Part shown: positions 1-12,200 of the stretch, one piece after another
Position numbering within the stretch: the stretch's first letter is position 1
How the letters are laid out: each line of letters starts with the position of its first letter
NCBI RefSeq assembly: GCF_018350175.1
Contig: NC_058368.1
Location: forward strand, 228,348,001 to 228,412,000
Direction: 5' to 3'
From: Felis catus
Taxonomy: Eukaryota
DNA: 64,000 nucleotides
Notes under the pieces: model-generated
The model's database searches: none
The model's input: the letters and a program-made list of their open reading frames with translations, nothing else
Told to the model about the DNA's origin: nothing
Program-made: the position numbers and the translations under genes

Positions 1-276
1 TTTGCTCTTTGGTGCTTAAGCCTTCTGTGTAACGTTGTCACTGGCCCTTTACAAGCCAGGTGCATCAGTCAGAAGTCTGCAAGGAATAGAATTCTGCTCA
101 AGTTTGATCAACTGGACAGACGCTAATGACAAGTGTAGAGCCCTGGCAAGGTTGAAAAAACCAGAAGAGGATGTTGGGGCACCCAGGGGTTAGCAGAGTG
201 GGAATCATGAAGGACAAATGGAGGGAAGAATGTTCCTGAAGTCCTAAGAGAACTAGAGCAGTGATGAAGCCTTCGT

Positions 277-734
277 GATGGGGTTTTGGGGTGATGGTGG
301 GTGTTCAGAGCCAATGGCCAAAAAAGAATTCTTGAAGACATCTTTGGTGCAGAAAAGGTGATTTTATGAAAGCACAGGGACAGGACCTGTGGGCAGAAAG
401 AGCTGCCCTGGGATTGTGAAGAGTGACTGATTATATATATTCAGGTTGGGAGGGGGTTAGGGACAGCATAAGTCTCTAAGGAATTTTGGAAGCAAGGTTT
501 CCAGGACCTTGAGGGGCTAACTGTTGTTAGGAAAATGAGAGAGAGGGAGACACAGAATCCGAAGCGGGTTCCAGGCTCCGAGCTGTCAGTGCAGAGCCCG
601 ATGCAACGCAGGGCTCGAACCCACCAACAGTGAGATCATGACCTGAGTGGAAGTCAGACGCTCAACCGACTGAACCATCCAGGCGCCCCAGTATCTGTCC
701 CATTTCTTCTTTCCTAGCCTCCCCTTCCCCCTCA
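277..734 (-). mobile_element. Carnivore-type solo LTR fragment interrupted by a SINE
   Basis: Starts tgatg and ends cctca. Segment 312-480 is clearly homologous to 24532-24705 (ccaatgg..aaagaattcttga..acaggacc.gtgggcag.aaagagctgc..ctgggat). No clean TSD. Confidence 0.6.
537..689 (-). mobile_element. CAN-SINE, tail missing
   Basis: Reverse complement of the tRNA-derived head ends ...caggcgcccc. Begins inside the (GA)n tract with no poly-T. Confidence 0.9.
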
Positions 735-3700
735 TCCCAGCACATAAATCTGCTGGGCAAATAATGAGACCCTCAGGGGATTGGAGGAGCTACGACAAGT
801 TTTCAGTTATTGGGATAGTGAGTAGAGAGAGACAAAAAATACTAACATGTAAACCTGGAGATATTTGGGGAGAAAAAGGAACAAAGGCACAATACAAAAG
901 TCTCTGGAACTTCAGTTAATAGCCTGAAGACAGACATTTGACTTTCTCCCCTTTACTTCTTGCTTCTTTGTACGTCTCCACTTCAGAAGAGAGAAGAAAA
1001 GGAATTGAGTGAAAAGAGAGAAGAGGAACTGAGTGAAGAGGTGAAAGACGAAATAGGGCCGTGGGTTAAGTAGACAGAAAGGCACAAATGAGAAAAACCA
1101 AAATGCAAAACCAGGTGCCAGGAAGGGGAGCCAAGCAGGTGTTCAGAGAGGACCGAGGGGGTAAAGCTTCTGTCCTTTGGGAGGTTGGGTGGCAGAAAGT
1201 GGGGGGGGGGGTGCAGACTTGCCCTGCTTTTATAGCTCACCTAACTCAGCCATGGTCCCTTTAGAGTTTTAATGGAATCTTAGAGGCTAAATGGACTGGA
1301 ATAAAAGTTGTCGAGTGTTATGTAAATGAGGTCCGCCTACAAAAAGACCCAGTGAGAAGGCAAAACCTTCCTTGGAATAGAAGCTGATGCAGCAGTGAAC
1401 CGAAAGATTGAATGAAAATAGCCAGCTTAGGCGATGGTTGAAAGGCCTAACACGTGTTACAAAATTTTGCTACTTAAATCTGCTTCTGGTTTCATGATTT
1501 CCCCAAGCATGTTAAAAATTAATGTTGTGAACTTCCAGGTAAAAAAGAATTAGAAGTATGAAATTTTGCAAGTGTCTTCAAGTGTTGGGAACATTTTGTG
1601 ATGCAGAATTAGTGAAGAGCTTTACTTGACTAATAATGTGAGAACGGTAACAGCATATTTGGCATATGTGGGTTTAAAAATATTATTCTTAGGTAGCATA
1701 TGTCATGGGGGACTTCAGATATGAAGTAAAATTTTTTTAAAAATTGTGGCAGCATTTGAAGGAATTAAGCTTTTCATTTAAACATGCAAACACCCCCAAT
1801 CTTTTCCCCTAGTTATAGCATGAGGAGATTTGGTGTAATTATAGTCTGGGGCTGTTGTGGAAGGAAAAACAAATAACAGACCTCTTTTTTTTTTTTTCCC
1901 CCTAAGAAGTGAAGGAAACATCTAGAAAGCTTTAGAGCTACTCGCTGTGCCAGCAGTAATAATGTATGTAAGTTTAAATAAAGTATTGAAAGCACCTTTT
2001 GCCCTCCAGTGATAAAGGATTTTGCTATGCATTTCAGCGTGGTATTTAACTTTTCATTTGGCAGTGGATAGAAAATCTCTTTTCCAATGTGTATGGAGCT
2101 TTGACAATTGTTTTTCAGAGGCTGTATTGTAGATTAGAAATTGGAGTCTAGGGAGTCTGGAGGAGGCCATATGCCAAGAACCTAAACTGCAAAGACTTTT
2201 TTTTTAATTTATTTTTTTAACTTTTTTATGTTAACAGCAGATTTGGAGTCAGCACTTAAACTTGGTTTGAAAAGTGGTAAATTGAATCCTCGGGCCAGTC
2301 TATTTACCTTTTTATGTGGGGAAATGGATACTAGAAGGTTGTTTTTGTTTTGTTTTGTTTTTTCTTCCTACACTATCAACAGTTTTTGGAAAGAGAAAAT
2401 AAGTGGCTACAAAAAGGCATATTCTTTAATTATTTGCATGATATTATTGTTATGTTTTCCCATTCATTAGCATTTATCCATACCCAGAGCAAATAATGTG
2501 CAAGAAAATAAAGATGGAAACATACAGCAGAACATAGGAATATTGGAAATATTAACTATTATTTCTTTTCTCTGGGCAATTCCTGACTGCAGAGTAAGCC
2601 AATGGAGAGGTGAGCTTTGGACAAACAAACAAGGTGGGCTTGGTTTTTCCTTTTCTGCATAACAGAGACCACGACTAGATTTGAATCTGAAGGTCAAATT
2701 GTACCGTAGCTGGTAATAATTCCCAAGGGTCCAAAAGAAAGATATTAATGAAATAGTAATATCACATCCCAGACAAGATGAGCGATAGTGATTTACAGTG
2801 AGATGATTTCTTCAAATATTTGAGAAGCAATCAAGTAATTTTGGTTAATTTCTATATGGAACTTATTTTCTGACACAGGCATCGACTTTACTAGACCATA
2901 AACTTTTGGAATTCAGAGTCTGTGTCTTATTCGTTTTTGCATCTGTAGCTCTTAGCCCAATCCCTGACACGTGTGTATGCTTGATACAATTATTAGATAG
3001 AAATCTATCTATATTATGCCTGGTCAGAGAGAAAAGGAAGCATGGACATATAACTGAGTGACACATTGTATGTTCTTGTTCACACATAAGACCTCAACCT
3101 CCTGAAAAGATAATTTCACCCACTATATGCCAAGAGGGTAGCATAGAGTCCCTGCTCAGCATCGGACATACAAGTTTGGTTTCCAGGAACTCTGGACACC
3201 TAGGGCAGTCCTGGAGGGAAATGGTGGGTGGAGTCCCACAAAGGCAGATGGTAGAAACAGTGAAAGTCACATATAACTGAGTGGACTGACTCCTAGCTCC
3301 ATGTGTAGTCATGCTCCCGAAATTCTTGGGAGTGAAATTTTAAGGAGGCTGAGATATCCGAGTCGTTGATATCAACATAATTCTTTTGTACTCATGGATT
3401 GTGAGGTCTAGGAAAACTTCGTAATAGATTTGCTATTACCTCCTAAGAGTTAGTCCTCACCTATGGCATCAGTTCAGAGAAACTTTCAAAGGGCATGTAA
3501 GAATTTTCTTTTAGACAGCAGGTTATGCCTGTTATAAAGAATTAATATGGTCACCGCATATTGATACTGACTGGATTTATCTGTTCCTAATTGTAGAATC
3601 CTGGCTTCGGATTTACTTGGCCTCATTGGCCTGGGGATGAATAGCCTTGTTAATGAGGATGGTTCTCATCATCATATCCCTAATGTTCTTGTCATAGCAC

Positions 3701-4229
3701 CTGCTTTCCATAAACAATTGTTGTTCCCTAACACTAATGCCGCTAATTGCAATATTGAGGGTTAATAACAGTCATGAGTGTTAGTTGATTCACACAAATT
3801 GATTTGTGTGCAAACTGTTGAGAGAAAACATTAATAGAAGAGCACGGGAGATTTTTTTATTTAAGAAAATCTGATCTGTGTACACGAAGCTTATAAAATA
3901 AATGATTGCCGAATAATTGATTATGAAAAGATTCTCCATGGTAATTTAAATGTTGATTACCAGATATATTAGAAATACAATCCAAAAAATTTTTATAGCA
4001 TTTTCTACAAAAATAACCTCAAACTCTAATGGAGGTAGCCAAAGATGGATAAAAAAACAATGTCAAAAATTATGTAAAATATCTAGTGGTATTTTGAAAA
4101 TATGTAAAGAAATGCTTCTATTATAAAGGCACAACATTTTCTCGACTCTAAAATGTTATGTACAATTTAATTATGGCACTTTGAAAAAACCCCGAAAGAA
4201 ATACTATCATAAACATCTACATGTGATAT

Positions 4230-5300
4230 GTTAGGCATTCAGAAACAATAAGGTGTGAAAATATGCACTTATTAGAATCTAGAACATGTAAATTAATTGC
4301 AGAAATTGTGGAGAACTTAAATAAATGGAGATCTATTCCATATTCTGGAGGGAAAGACTAAATATAATAATGATATCAATTTTTTTTCAAAATTAATCTA
4401 AAAATGAAGATCTAAAAATAAAGACTAAGGAAACTTGCATGGAGTCTGACAAATGAATGCTAAAGCTTATTGTAAACAATAGCCAAGAAAATTTGGAAAT
4501 TTGGAAAAAAATATAATCCTAACAGATTATATTACAAAGGCTGACTTTGTAAAAAAGCAATAGTCACATGGATCCAAGGAACAAGACAAAGTGCAAATGT
4601 GTGTGTGTATGTTTGGAATATGCCAATTTTGTGTATGATAATACCGGTATTTCAAATCAGCAGAGAAAATTCATATTATTTAATAAGTGGTTTAAGATAG
4701 TTAGGCTCCTATTAGGAAAGAAAATGAAATTATTATATCACTATATTTACATATTAACTTCAAGTAAAATGTATAAATACAAAAAATGGAATTGTAAATA
4801 TTCCAAAAGACAATAGAGACAGACACATTTATAATCTTAGGTTGTGGAGGTCCTTCCTAAACATGACTGAGCACCAAAAAGATAAAATGAAGAGGGCCAA
4901 TTGATATAAAAATTAAAAACTTGCCTACAGAAAAAGACACCATTAAAAAAGTTAAAGTCAGAATGAGACAAAAAATATGCAATATATACCACCGGTAAAG
5001 ATTAACATACTTAATAAAGTGCTCCTACATATAGAAAAATGAGAACAGAGTGCAAATAATACATTGTAAAAGAATTACAAAAGGCCAGAAAGCAAATGAA
5101 AAGAATATCAAATTCATTATCAATCAGAGAATTAGAAACTAATGCAATTAAATTCTATCTTTATTTTCCCTTTTGGCTTATCGGGATGCAAAAGATATTA
5201 AAAAAAAACCCCTAAGTACATATAGTTGGTAAGGATATGGAAAAACAGGACACTATACCGCCTGTAAGTGTTATAAATCTACTTCTAGAAATTGGTTCCA
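4230..5300 (+). mobile_element. Ancient, highly degraded L1M fragment (ORF2 3' region)
   Basis: A-rich sequence with L1 ORF2-like remnants (cttaaataaatggagatctattccatattc, ttaaaaacttgcctacagaaaaagacacc). Probably continues in patches to about 6420. Confidence 0.65.
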
Positions 5301-5319
5301 CATAAATACTTGCTGTCTT

Positions 5320-5712
5320 GTGGTTCCCCTCTGGAAGGACGTGTTCAACCCCCCGCTCAAATTTGCATCAGATGCCTAGATGCCACACATGTACTGAGAG
5401 AGTATGATAAAGTTTATTACTTACATAATAAGGCTTTCAGGGGATAGCAGGCAGGTTTCCAAGCAAGTCTGAAATGAATTGAGAGCAAAGTGAAGTCGTG
5501 GCTTGGGTTTTTATTGTGGTTAGTGGGTGGGACTGGGTAGAGGGTGCTTGTGTGGGAGACAGAGGATGCATATTTTGAATTTTCAACTAGCACCAAGGAA
5601 GGGAAAACATGGTTTTTACTATTAATTTCCCCAGAGGTGGACAAGAGAAGAGGGTGATGTGAGGCTTCAAAGCTGTCAGCAAACATCAAAAAATGGAATC
5701 GGACTCATTATA
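5320..5712 (-). mobile_element. Old solo LTR, ERVL-class (MER54-like)
   Basis: Minus-strand start reads tataatgagtccgattccattttttgatgtttgctgacagcttt, resembling the recalled MER54-type LTR start. Minus-strand AATAAA near 5415. Inserted into the old L1M. Confidence 0.5.
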
Positions 5713-5783
5713 CTTGTGTATACACTCATATATACATTTACTAGGACATTCGTTATGGTACTGTTTGTAATAATACAAACAGT

Positions 5784-5990
5784 GGGGCGACTGGGTGGCT
5801 CAGTCCGTTGAGCATCTGACTTTGGCTCAGGTCATGATCTCATGGTTGGTGGGTTTGAGCCCTGTGTTTGGACTCTGTGCTGACAGCTCAGAACCTAGAG
5901 CCTGCTTTGGATTCTGTTTCCCTCGCTCTCTGCCTCTCCCCTGCTTGTGCTCTCTCTGTGTCTCAAAAATAAATAAATAAACATTGAAAA
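5784..5990 (+). mobile_element. CAN-SINE
   Basis: Full head, CT tract and A tail. TSD aataatacaaacagtg at 5769-5784 and 5991-6006. Confidence 0.95.
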
Positions 5991-6133
5991 AATAATACAA
6001 ACAGTGACTAAGTGCTGGTCCACACATATTATGTAATATTATGCAGTAAGAACAAATATGTAATGGAGTACCTCTGTGAGTCTGGATGAGGAAGATGTCC
6101 ATGGTATGTTACTGAGTTTAAAAAAAAAGTATA

Positions 6134-6345
6134 GGGGTGCCTGGGTGGCGCAGTCGGTTAAGCGTCCGACTTCAGCCAGGTCACGATCTCGCGGTCCGTG
6201 AGTTCGAGCCCCGCGCCAGGCTCTGGGCCGATGGCTCAGAGCCTGGAGCCTGTTTCCGACTCTGTGTCTCCCTCTCTCTTTGCCCCTCCCCCGTTCATGC
6301 TCTGTCTCTCTCTGTCCCAAAAATAAATAAATGTTGAAAAAAAAA
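6134..6345 (+). mobile_element. Young felid CAN-SINE (SINEC_Fc-like)
   Basis: CpG-retaining head cgtccgacttcagccaggtcacgatctcgcggtccgtgag. TSD ttt(a)n-gtata on both sides. Confidence 0.95.
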
Positions 6346-6819
6346 TTTAAAAAAAAGTATATATAGGCATATGTGTATAGCATAATCCTATTTATGCAAA
6401 AAATAAAAATGCAAAGTTTAATGTGATTTTTGATTATATGATTAATATAAAATCAGAATTACTTGGAGGCCCATCTAGGGATGCTGTGTGATTTAAAGAA
6501 ACATGAAACCCAGCATGCAAAACAATTAAATAATTTATACGTTCACCATCACTATTGGATGTTAGTGATGCCTATTGGAGGGGAAAACAAAACAAAACAT
6601 AAGAGTAGCTGGAGATGAGATGATGGATGATGCATTCATAGCATTAAGTAACAACAGAGCAAAATTATAGAAATTTTCGCAATACTTCATCTACTAATTT
6701 TCTCCTGACATTGCAGTGACATTCTAATTTTTTCTCCTGTCTCCTCCTACCCCTCCAGGCTTCTCACAGCACAATGAAATTAGCTAGCCAAAATCATTTT
6801 AATCTCTCCGGGAGCTTCT

Positions 6820-7064
6820 TCTTCTTCTTTTTTTTTTTTTTTTTAACATTTATTTATTTATTTTGAGAAAGAGAAGGAGAGCAAGAGAGGTTGTGTGTGC
6901 ACAAGTCGGGGAGGGGCAGAGAGAGAGGGAGAGAGAGAATCCCAAGCAGGCTCTGCACTGTTACATGGGGTCGATGCACGGCTCAAACCCATGAGCCATG
7001 AGATCATGACCTGAGCCAAAATCAAGAGTCAGACACTTAACCAACTGAGGCACCCAGGCACCCC
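6820..7064 (-). mobile_element. CAN-SINE
   Basis: Poly-T, GA tract and reverse head. TSD gagcttctt on both sides. Confidence 0.93.
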
Positions 7065-7231
7065 TAGAGCTTCTTATTTTTGTATGTATTATTTCCCTTC
7101 TCCCTTCAGAAGTTCACTTCCACTCCTTACGTGACAAGTCCACTGACATCTCTCTCCCTCACTCATTACTCCCAGCACCCAGACATAACTACCATTGTAT
7201 TTCTTGCAAGATAGTTTAAAACAATTTTATA

Positions 7232-7457
7232 GGGGTGCCTGGGTGGCTCAGTCGGTTGGGCGTCCGACTTCGGCTCAGGTCATGATCTCATGGTCTGTGA
7301 GTCCCAGCCCTGCGTTGGGCTCTGTGCTGTCAGTTCAGAGCCTGGAGCCTGCTTCCGATTCTGTGTCTCCCTCTCTCTCTGCCCCTCCCCCACTCACGCT
7401 CTGTCTCTCTCTATCAAAAAATGAATAAACGTTAAAAAAAATGAAAAAAACCCCACC
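7232..7457 (+). mobile_element. CAN-SINE
   Basis: Full element. TSD caattttata on both sides. Confidence 0.95.
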
Positions 7458-9294
7458 AATTTTATAAATACATAAGATTATATATATAACTTGGGATCTG
7501 TTTTCTATTTTGCATTTTTAACATTACAATATTTTTCTTTATATCATTAAATAGACCACCATAATTGAAAACAAGTTGTATGAGTGTATTATCATAACTG
7601 TATTATCATGCTGCAATCATAATCAGATGAGAAGACTTAGTCAAGCAGAATGTAAGTTACTTGCCCAAACTTGGGAAGTTGGTGAGCGTGGGAGTCATAG
7701 CTGACCTTATACAATCTGCCTTTAGGACAAGGTCAGAACCCCTGTACTCTTCTCTTCCCTGGGAACAAGCTACTATTGAGAAAATTCTCCTCCACTTGTG
7801 TTTGGGAATTAGTTAAGGGATTTTTAGAGAGTGTAACAAGATGTTTCTGTTACTCATGACACCCCTCAGTTATAATTGCACCCCTGCCTCAGGGCGCCCG
7901 TTGGCAGTGACATGTGGCCGACCTCTTTCAGCTCTTATAGTCTAAAAGACAGAGCATAGTGGGGCACTGACTGGCCTACTTTGTGCAAGACTCTGGAATC
8001 AGTATGGGAAATTCTTCTTGGCCAATAACAAGAAATCTAAATTCATATTGCCAATGAGAAGTATATGAATACTAATCCCAGAGTTGTGCCCTCCTAAGGG
8101 AGATGGGTTTTTATTGTTATTACTTTGTTTTTGCTTTTAAATATAGCCACCTGTGTTATCATTTTTTATGCAACTCAACAGCCACAGGGCACTATTTGGA
8201 AAATATTAAATGTTGTAAAATGCTTGTACCGCACTGTCCTTTATTTGTCCTTTGGTATGTATTTAGTGAGTTATATTCATGGGATAGTATTTACTATCCT
8301 ATGTATCTATAGGAAAACCAAAGTAGCTCTTTGTAAAGATTAATAATTTTCACAGATGATACACTCTTTGTTGCCCAGTGAACTAAAAACATGAACAAAT
8401 AATTTTTGGTTCCTAGTTGTCATAATCATTTTGTGCTACAGTACAGCTGTAGCTAACAACTTACCAAACTTTCCATTATAGCATTGTTTTTCTAAGGATA
8501 TAACTCAGTTTGTCAAATTTCCCTCCAAGGCTGAAATGTAACTTATTGTACCAGCTATTAGGCCCGGAAGCAATTTTGTTTTGGAAAAAAATTAGTTTGA
8601 CCATTTTTTTTAAGCTCCAAGAGGGAAAAATAAATATGGAGGACTTTTTTTTTTTATTGCTGTTCTTTAGCAGCCTTAAAGAATGGCTTTGTTACATCGT
8701 ATGATTTATGCATCCATGTAGAGAACAAGAACAAGAAATTCTTTTTCACAAACAACTTTGTCTTTTTTGAAATAAAATACATCGGAGGAAATCCATCTGT
8801 AGTTGATAGCTAAAATCTTTTATTTGGATGCAGCTAGAGAGCACTAATTTTATCATAAGATTTAAAATATTATTAGAGTAAGTCACAGAGAGTTCAAAAG
8901 GTAACTAATATTACCTGCTGTGAATTACCACGTTAAACATAGGCAGAAAGACCTTTGATATCTGGGACTGAATGCAGCTAAGAAAATGACAATTCATATT
9001 TCAAGACACTTTGTTTATGTTAGTTTACCGAGCTGTTTTTATACGTATTAACTTCTAGGAGAGATTGCTTAGATAAAATGGACTCAGGGCAATACTCCAT
9101 TCTTTTATCAAGTTAGACATAAGGGTCATATAGGGACTATTTAATACCTAGTGGGTTTCATTTAATTCTGTCCATCAATCCTACTCTTAAGCTGAATTAA
9201 TCAAAAGATTCTTTAAGAATAGAACTCATAAGCATAAAAATCTAAGTTGTGTATATTCACTTTCCTGGTTTAATCAACTCCGTGAAGGGATAAC

Positions 9295-12200
9295 TTTTTA
9301 TTTTATTTTATTTTAATTTACATCCAAATTAGTTACCATATTGTGCAACAATGATTTCAGGAGTAGATTCCTTAATGCCCCTTACCCATTTAGCCCATCA
9401 CCCCTCCCACAACCCCTCCACTAACCCTCTGTTCTCCATATTTAAGAGTCTCTTATGTTTTGTCCCCCTCCCTGTTTTTATATTATTTTTGTTTCTCTTC
9501 CCTTATGTTCATCTGTTTTGTCTCTTAAAGTCCTCATATGGGTGAAGTCATATGATTTTTGTCTTACTCTGACTGACTAATTTCACTTAGCATAATACCC
9601 TCCAGTTCCATCCATGTAGTTGCAAATGGCAAGATTTCATTCTTTTTGATTGCTGGGCAATACTCCATTGAATATATATGCCACATCTTCTTTATCCATT
9701 CATCCATCGATGAACATTTGGGCTCTTTCCATGCTTTCGCTATTGTTGATAGTGTTGCTATAAACATGGGGGTGCATGTGTCCATTCAAAACAGCACACC
9801 TGTATCCTGTGGATAAATGCCTAGTAGTGCAATTGCTGGGTCATAGGGTAGTTCTATTTGTAGTTTTTTGAGGAACCTCCATACTGTTTTCCAGAGTGGC
9901 TGCACCAGCTTTCATTCCTACCAACAATGCACAAGACATCCTCTTTCTCCCCACCCTCGCCAACATCTGTTGTTGCCTGAGTTGTTAATGTTAGCCACTC
10001 TGACAGGTGTAAGGTGGTATCTCATTGTGGTTTTGATTTGTATTTCCCTGATGATGAGTGATGTTGCCCTTTTTTTCATGTGTCGGTTGGCCATCTGGAT
10101 GTCTTCTTTGGAAAATTGTCTATTCATGTCTTTTGCCCATTTCTTCACTGGATTATTTGTTTCTCGAGTGTTGAGTTTGATAAGTTTTTTATAGATTTTG
10201 GATACTAACCTTTTATCTGATATGTCGTTTGCAGATATCTTCTCTCATTCTGCTGGTTGCCTTTTAATTTTGCTGATTGTTTCCTTTGCTGTGCAAAAGC
10301 TTTTTATTTTGATGAGGTCCCAGCAGTTCATTTTTGCTTTTGTTTCCCTTGCCTCCAGAGATGTGAGTAAGAAGTTGCTGCGGCCAAGATCAAAGAGGTT
10401 TTTGCCTGCTTTCACCTCGAGGATTTTGATGGCTTCCTGCCGTATATTGAGGTCTTTCATCCAGTTTGAGTTTACTTTTGTGTATGGTGTAAGAAAGTGG
10501 TCCAGGTTCATTTTCCTGCATGTGGCTGTCCAGTTTTCCCAGCACCACTTGCGGAAGAGATTGTCTTTATTCCATTGGATAGTCTTTCCTGTTTTGTCAA
10601 AGATTAGTCGGTCATACATTTGTGGGTCCATTTCTGGGTTCTCTATTCTGTTCCATTGATCTGAGTGTCTGTTCTTGTGCCAGTACCATACTGTCTTGAT
10701 GGGTTTTATTTGCAGCTTTGTAGTATAGCTTGAAGTCTGGGATTGTGATGCCTCCTGTGTTGGTTTTCTTTTTCAAGATTTCTTTGGCTATTCGGGGTCT
10801 TTTCTGGTTCCATACAAATTGTAGAATTATTCGTTCTAGCTCTGTGAAGAATGCTGGTGTTATTTTGATAGGGATTGCATTGAATATGTAGATTGCTTTG
10901 GGTAGTATCGAAATTTTAACAATATTTGTTCTTCCTATCCAGGAGCATGGAATCTTTTCCCATTTTTTGTGTCTTCTTCAATTTCTTTCATAAGCTTTCT
11001 ATAGTTTTCAGTGTATAGATTTTTCACCTCTTTGGTTAGATTTATTCCTATGTACTTTATGGTTTTTGGTGCAATTGTGAATGAAATTGATTCCTTGATT
11101 TCCCTTTCTGTTGCTTCATTGTTGGTGAATAGGAATGCAACCTATTTCTGTGCATTGATTTTATATCCAATGATTTGCTGAATTCATGAATCAGTTCTAG
11201 CAGGTTTTTGGTGGAATCTTTTGGGTTTCCTATATAGAGTATCATGTCATCTGCTAAGAGTGAAAGTTTGACCTCCTCCTGGCTGATTTAGATGCCTTTT
11301 ATTTCTTTGTGTTGTCTGATTGCAGAGGTAAGACTTCCAATACTATGTTGAGTAACAGTGGCGAGAGTGGATATCCCTGTCTTGTCCCTGACCTTAGGGG
11401 GAAAGCTCTCAGTTTTTCCCCATTGATGATGATATTAGCATTGGGCTGTTCATATATGGCTTTTATGATCTCCAGGTATGCTCTTCTATCTCTATTTTCT
11501 TGAGGGTTTTTATGAAGAAAGGATGCTGTGTTTGGTCAAATGCTTTCTCTGCATCTATTGAGAGGATCACATGGTTCTTGTCTTTTCTTTTATTGATGTG
11601 ATGAATCACGTTGTTTTGCGGATATTGAAGCAGCCCTGCATCCCAGGTATAAATCCCACTTGGTCGTGGTGAATAATTTTTTTAATGTATTGTTGGATCT
11701 GGATGGCTAATATCTTGTTGAGGATTTTTGCATCCATGTTCAAGAGGGAAATTGGTCTATAGTTCTCCTTTTTAGTGGGGTCTCTGGCTGGTTTTGGAAT
11801 CAAGGTAATGCTGGCCTCATAGAGTTTGGAAGTTTTCCTTCCATTTCTATTTTTTGGAACACCTTCAAGAGAATAGGTGTTAACTCTTCCTTAAATGTTT
11901 GGTAGAATTCCCCTGGAGAGCCATCTGGCCCTGGACTCTTGTTTTTGGGAGATTTTTGATTACTAATTCGATTTCTTTACTGGTTATGGGTGTGTTCAAA
12001 TTTTCTATTTCTTCCTATTTCAGTTTGGTAGTGTATATGTTTCTAGGAATTTGTCCATTTCTTCCAGATTGCCCATTTTATTGGCATATAATTGCTCATA
12101 ATATTCTCTTATTATTGTGTTTATTTCTGCCGTGTTGGTTGTGATCTCTCCTCTTTCATTCTTGATTTTATTTGGGTCCTTTCCCTCTTTTTGATAAAAC

